Assembly: GCA_965223865.1 (NCBI GenBank)
Contig: OZ245020.1
Span: 96,001 to 160,000 of the forward strand
DNA: 64,000 bases
Source of the DNA: Nitrosarchaeum sp.
GTDB taxonomy: Archaea > Thermoproteota > Nitrososphaeria > Nitrososphaerales > Nitrosopumilaceae
Direction: 5' to 3'
The translations under genes and the position numbers were made by a program. Shown in pieces: positions 59,782-64,000 of the stretch. Under the pieces are notes generated by a model, which made no database searches, was not told where the DNA came from, and saw only the letters and a program-made list of their open reading frames with translations. The stretch's first letter is position 1, and every line of letters begins with the position of its first letter.

Positions 59782-61419
59782 GTGAACAAGAAATTAACAG
59801 TATTTGTACTATTTTCAATATTTGTAGTTATGATAACACCAGCATATGCTAGCGTGACTTCTATTTCACTTGAAGAAGAATTTTACACAGAAGAGGATAA
59901 CATGAAATTTATCGGTACTCAAAGTGGCAAAGAGGTAGTACATGTCATAATTCGTGATTCTTCTGGTGGTTTTGAGGATATACTATCTGATCCCACACCT
60001 GACCAAAATGAATTTTCAACAATACCTAGAACAGTAGAAAAAATCTTTGATAGAATTGGAGTTTATACTGCAACGGCATTTACAGATTCACAAAAGGAAG
60101 AAAACGGAGTTAAAATAGAATTAGAGTTTGATGGGAATAAAGTATTTGAAGTTGCTGATTTTGTTTTAGAATTAAAATCAATTTCAGATAAAACAATTGA
60201 AGAAGAAAGGACTTTGTCATTTACAGCATCACTTACTGAATCAGTTAAAGATGCCGTGTTTAGTTTAGAAAAAGAACCAACAGGTGCTATAATTAATTCT
60301 GATACAGGAAAATTCACATGGACTCCAACTAAATCCCAAGCTCCTGCCTCTTATTTTTTTGATATTGTGGTAAAGAAAGGAGTACTTGTAGACAGAGAAT
60401 CAATCAAGGTAACAGTTACAGAAAAACCAGAACCAGTTACACAGCCAACCCAACCAACAGAACCAGAGCCACCAAAACCTGAACCAACAAAACCAAAAGA
60501 GTTGGGACTAGCACCATTTGTAGATGAGACAAAAGATCCTCAAACCTATGTTGATAGATACAATAACGAGCCAAGCTACAAGGAGTGGTTTGATGAGAAC
60601 TATCCAGAGTATTCCTCTATTTACCAGGCAGTCGGACTAGAAGAGCCAGTGGAGATGCCCGCCTTTGTAGATCCAAATCAAGATCCGCAATACTATGTTG
60701 ATAGATACAATAACGAGCCAAGCTACAAGGAGTGGTTTGATGAGAACTATCCAGAGTATTCCTCTATTTACCAGGCAGTCGGACTAGAAGAGCCAGTGGA
60801 GATGCCCGCCTTTGTAGATCCAAATCAAGATCCGCAATACTATGTTGATAGATACAATAACGAGCCAAGCTACAAGGAGTGGTTTGATGAGAACTATCCA
60901 GAGTATTCCTCTATTTACCAGGCAGTCGGACTAGAAGAGCCAGTAGAACCTGAAGAAATTATTGGAGAATGTGGTAAAGGAACAATTTTGGTTAATGGTG
61001 TATGTACTCCTGATAAATCAACAGCAAATGGAAATAGTGGAGGTGGATGTCTGATTGCAACTGCAGCATATGGTTCTGAGATGGCACCACAGGTACAATT
61101 CCTTAGAGAAATTAGAGACAATAAGGTAATGAGTACAGAATCTGGAGCTTCATTTATGACAGGATTCAACCAAGTTTACTATTCATTTTCACCATACATA
61201 GCAGATTATGAAAGAGAAAACCCAGCTTTTAAGGAATTAGTAAAGATTGGAATAACTCCATTGCTGTCATCTCTTTCTGTAATGTCAATGGCAGACTCTG
61301 AAGAGGAGGTTTTAGGATATGGTATTGGTGTTATTTTGATGAATCTTGGAATGTATGTTGTAGCTCCTGCAATGTTAATTTATGGAATTGACAAGGCAAG
61401 AAAAAAAGTTAGGTTTTAA
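59782..61419 (+). CDS. Surface protein: signal peptide, Ig/cadherin-like domain, Pro/Thr linker, 49-aa repeats, CFI-box-CTERM-like domain
   Basis: TGKFTWTP; YVDRYNNEPSYKEWFD x3; GGGCLIATAAYGS. Confidence 0.88.
   Translation: MNKKLTVFVLFSIFVVMITPAYASVTSISLEEEFYTEEDNMKFIGTQSGKEVVHVIIRDSSGGFEDILSDPTPDQNEFSTIPRTVEKIFDRIGVYTATAFTDSQKEENGVKIELEFDGNKVFEVADFVLELKSISDKTIEEERTLSFTASLTESVKDAVFSLEKEPTGAIINSDTGKFTWTPTKSQAPASYFFDIVVKKGVLVDRESIKVTVTEKPEPVTQPTQPTEPEPPKPEPTKPKELGLAPFVDETKDPQTYVDRYNNEPSYKEWFDENYPEYSSIYQAVGLEEPVEMPAFVDPNQDPQYYVDRYNNEPSYKEWFDENYPEYSSIYQAVGLEEPVEMPAFVDPNQDPQYYVDRYNNEPSYKEWFDENYPEYSSIYQAVGLEEPVEPEEIIGECGKGTILVNGVCTPDKSTANGNSGGGCLIATAAYGSEMAPQVQFLREIRDNKVMSTESGASFMTGFNQVYYSFSPYIADYERENPAFKELVKIGITPLLSSLSVMSMADSEEEVLGYGIGVILMNLGMYVVAPAMLIYGIDKARKKVRF
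60546..60944 (+). repeat. Perfect 147-bp intragenic tandem repeat (~2.7 copies)
   Basis: Units start at 60547, 60694 and 60841 and are identical at the nucleotide level. Confidence 0.95.
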
Positions 61420-61443
61420 TCATAACTCATTTTGGGTATAGAC

Positions 61444-61590
61444 ATGGGTAAACTGAGCAGAAATCTTAGAATTTGCGGAGACTGTGGTATTGCATATACC
61501 TCCGTTAGTTTTACGAAATATATTGATCAATGCCCAATTTGCCATTCAAAAAGATACGAGTCTGTTCCAATAAAGACAGACGGCGACTAG
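61444..61590 (+). CDS. 48-aa zinc-ribbon protein (not in ORF track)
   Basis: ICGDCG...QCPICHS. Confidence 0.7.
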   Translation: MGKLSRNLRICGDCGIAYTSVSFTKYIDQCPICHSKRYESVPIKTDGD

Positions 61591-61630
61591 TATCATATTA
61601 AATCGATATAGATTTTTTAATAGAAATGAC

Positions 61631-62044
61631 TTGTTTACAGCAATGTCTGAAGATCCAGAGATAGAGAAGATAAAGCAGAGAAAGCTAGAAGAGATGCTAA
61701 GGCAGCAAAATCAACCTCAAATTAAACCTGGAATTGTTGATTTGAATGGTGCAAATTTTGATCAAATAGTATCAGCTGATAATCCAACACTTGTAGATTT
61801 TTGGGCAGAGTGGTGTGGTCCATGCAAGATGATGCATCCAGTATTTGAGAGCCTCTCAAAAAAATACCCAAATGTAAAATTTGCACGAGTCAATGTTGAT
61901 CTAAATCAAAACATTGCAATGAGATTTGGTGTTCAATCCATTCCTACATTTATCATGTTCAAGTCAGGGCAAATTGTTGATAAAATGATGGGGGCAGTAG
62001 GTGCACCTGGAATACATATGATATGCAAGAAATATTCCGAATAG
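61631..62044 (+). CDS. trxA: Thioredoxin
   Basis: DFWAEWCGPC, VQSIPT. Confidence 0.95.
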   Translation: MFTAMSEDPEIEKIKQRKLEEMLRQQNQPQIKPGIVDLNGANFDQIVSADNPTLVDFWAEWCGPCKMMHPVFESLSKKYPNVKFARVNVDLNQNIAMRFGVQSIPTFIMFKSGQIVDKMMGAVGAPGIHMICKKYSE

Positions 62045-62284
62045 ACAAAATCAATAATACAAATAATTATCATGGTAAAGATTTCAATAACAAAAACTGC
62101 AATTATCGTAAACTTTGAGAATTAAAATCCTTGTATTAAAAGTCTAAGAATTCTATTTTCCCATATAAAATCAATCTCAACTGTACTGCAAAGTAAAATT
62201 TTTTTGCAGAAATTGGGAAGTTTATCTGAAAATTAAAATTTAGATCCTTAAAGTTGTAAGAATATTATTTGTTTTATTTGAGGG

Positions 62285-64000
62285 TTAGTAAGCGTATGCT
62301 GCATCTTTTTTTCTTTGAATCTCAACTATTTCATTTAGTATTTCTTGTTCTTCAGGATTAAGCTTGTGCATGTATTTTTTCAATATTGTCTTTGCTTCAT
62401 GTGAAGGAGGTAATGTATAGTAAACATCTTCTTCAAAGATTTGTCTTCCAATTGTAACGTCTTGAACAGAGCATGCAACTTCTTGTCCGACTTTTGCTGA
62501 AGTGACTGTCTTTCCTTCATGTTGAAGCTGATGAATTATTCCAACTCTTCTTCCATCTTTGTTCATAAAAGGTATTTTTTGATGCAATGTTCCAACATCA
62601 ACTTTGATACCAAACACTGCTGGATTATTATTTCGAAATACAAACCCTTTCAAGAAAGTAAATTTTGCAATGGGTGTAAATTCTGCAAAAATGGCATCTT
62701 CCTCATGAGCAGTATCTTCTTCAACCCAGGCGTTATAGTTATCAATAAGACTGTAAATTACTTTGTCCTCAAAAATTCGAATGTGACTCTCTTCTGATTC
62801 GTCTTTTGCATCTGGTAGAATCTTTACGTTAAATGCCAATAAAACTCCTAAATGCCTATTTTTTTCCTTTATTGCCTTTGCTTCCATAATATCACGTCTA
62901 TTTACAGGTCCAATGTCCGCTTTGGCAACTGGTACTTGAGAACGTCGAAGCATCTCAACAATTGCCTCAAGGGAACCAATTGTATCACATTTTAGAATAA
63001 TTCCGTTAGTTTCAGTATCGATAAAGACAGATTCCATCTCTGATGCAATTACTTTAGTATATTTTTCTACATCATCATGAGTGGATGCAACATAGAGAGT
63101 GCTGCCAGGTAAAACTCCTTCTAGTTCAGGAGATGCAATTTTCAGGCCAGCTGCTGCATCAACTTGGTCTACAAGTTTAAATTTATCTCTAGGATCTCTC
63201 ATCTCATCAAGTGGTTTTGGCAACAGTATAGCTTTTGGTTTTGTTACAATAATCGAATCTCTTTTGGCTACAACAATGCTATCTCCTTTCTTTATTGAAC
63301 CATCAATTAAAATAATATTTGCTGTCTGTCCGAGACCAATCTCATCATTTACTTCAAGTACAATTCCACGAGGATCTTTTTCTTCTTGTTTTAATCGGTT
63401 TTGAAGATATTGTTGTGTAAGTCCTACAAGTACTGCAAGCAGTTCTGGGATTCCAACACCTGATCTTGCAGAGATTGGTACAATTGCTATTTCTGTTTTA
63501 AAATCCTTAACTCGGTAAAATGCTTCAGATTTGTATCCAAGAATTGAAAGAGTACCTACAACATCATATATTTTTTGATCAAGGTCTGTCTGAATTGATG
63601 TATCTTGTTCTTTTATTGCCTTTGAGATAAAAGGGGTTTCAGATTTTCGCCAACCAGATATCTGATCACATTTGTTTAATGCAACAACGAATGGGACTTT
63701 TCTACTTTGCAAAATCTTCAAACTTTCATTTGTTTGAGGTTGAAATCCACGGTTTACATCAACTACCAAAATTGCAATATCAGCAGCAGAACCTCCACGT
63801 GCTCTAAGATTTGTAAAGACCTCGTGTCCAGGAGTATCAATAACTAGAATTCCAGGTACTTGATTTTCAGACTCTTCTAATTTCTTGTATAGAGGACCGC
63901 ATGTCTCCTTGATTGTCTCAGTAGGAAGAAAACTTGCTCCAATGTGTTGTGTAATTCCTCCTGCTTCTCGACCTTGGACACCAGTACCTCTAATTCTGTC
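62285..64000 (-). CDS. infB: Translation initiation factor aIF5B/IF-2, 5'-truncated by window edge
   Basis: Frame continues upstream (REAGGITQHIGAS, DTPGHE); QPQT.ES, NKCD, DTIGSLEA. Confidence 0.96.
   Translation of the reverse strand, partial: DRIRGTGVQGREAGGITQHIGASFLPTETIKETCGPLYKKLEESENQVPGILVIDTPGHEVFTNLRARGGSAADIAILVVDVNRGFQPQTNESLKILQSRKVPFVVALNKCDQISGWRKSETPFISKAIKEQDTSIQTDLDQKIYDVVGTLSILGYKSEAFYRVKDFKTEIAIVPISARSGVGIPELLAVLVGLTQQYLQNRLKQEEKDPRGIVLEVNDEIGLGQTANIILIDGSIKKGDSIVVAKRDSIIVTKPKAILLPKPLDEMRDPRDKFKLVDQVDAAAGLKIASPELEGVLPGSTLYVASTHDDVEKYTKVIASEMESVFIDTETNGIILKCDTIGSLEAIVEMLRRSQVPVAKADIGPVNRRDIMEAKAIKEKNRHLGVLLAFNVKILPDAKDESEESHIRIFEDKVIYSLIDNYNAWVEEDTAHEEDAIFAEFTPIAKFTFLKGFVFRNNNPAVFGIKVDVGTLHQKIPFMNKDGRRVGIIHQLQHEGKTVTSAKVGQEVACSVQDVTIGRQIFEEDVYYTLPPSHEAKTILKKYMHKLNPEEQEILNEIVEIQRKKDAAYAY

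Overview
AT-rich archaeal DNA whose gene content points to Nitrosopumilaceae (Thaumarchaeota). About 1-18.6 kb is core genome: Alba, ilvE, a GINS-MCM-Hel308-AglH operon, RFC-S, two 7Fe ferredoxins, eIF6, HisRS and three tRNAs (Ala-GGC, Pro-CGG, Ser-TGA). About 18.6-59 kb is largely accessory: a Zn/Mn ABC transporter with a NikR-like regulator, a stress cluster (MscS-like, 2 USP, thermosome, CPA2 antiporter), etfBA-fixCX, UDG, a PQQ dehydrogenase, a Fur-family regulator and many Cys-rich microproteins. The window ends with archease, a repeat-bearing CFI-box surface protein, thioredoxin and partial aIF5B. Main discovery: a 5,554-bp element (34825-40378) with 72-bp GGGG-initiated terminal inverted repeats and a perfect 14-bp target-site duplication. 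It has casposon-like ends but no Cas1/PolB, and carries a putative copper-response module and deleted defence genes. It lies in a nested or tandem hotspot where a tRNA T-loop-like motif (GGTTCAAA) precedes a 14-nt segment and a GGGG end with identical spacing at two sites. Two densely structured candidate ncRNAs (about 52.26-52.67 kb, with a pseudoknot, and 56.57-56.69 kb) share the same TATA motif. All calls come from reading the sequence only; no database searches were run.
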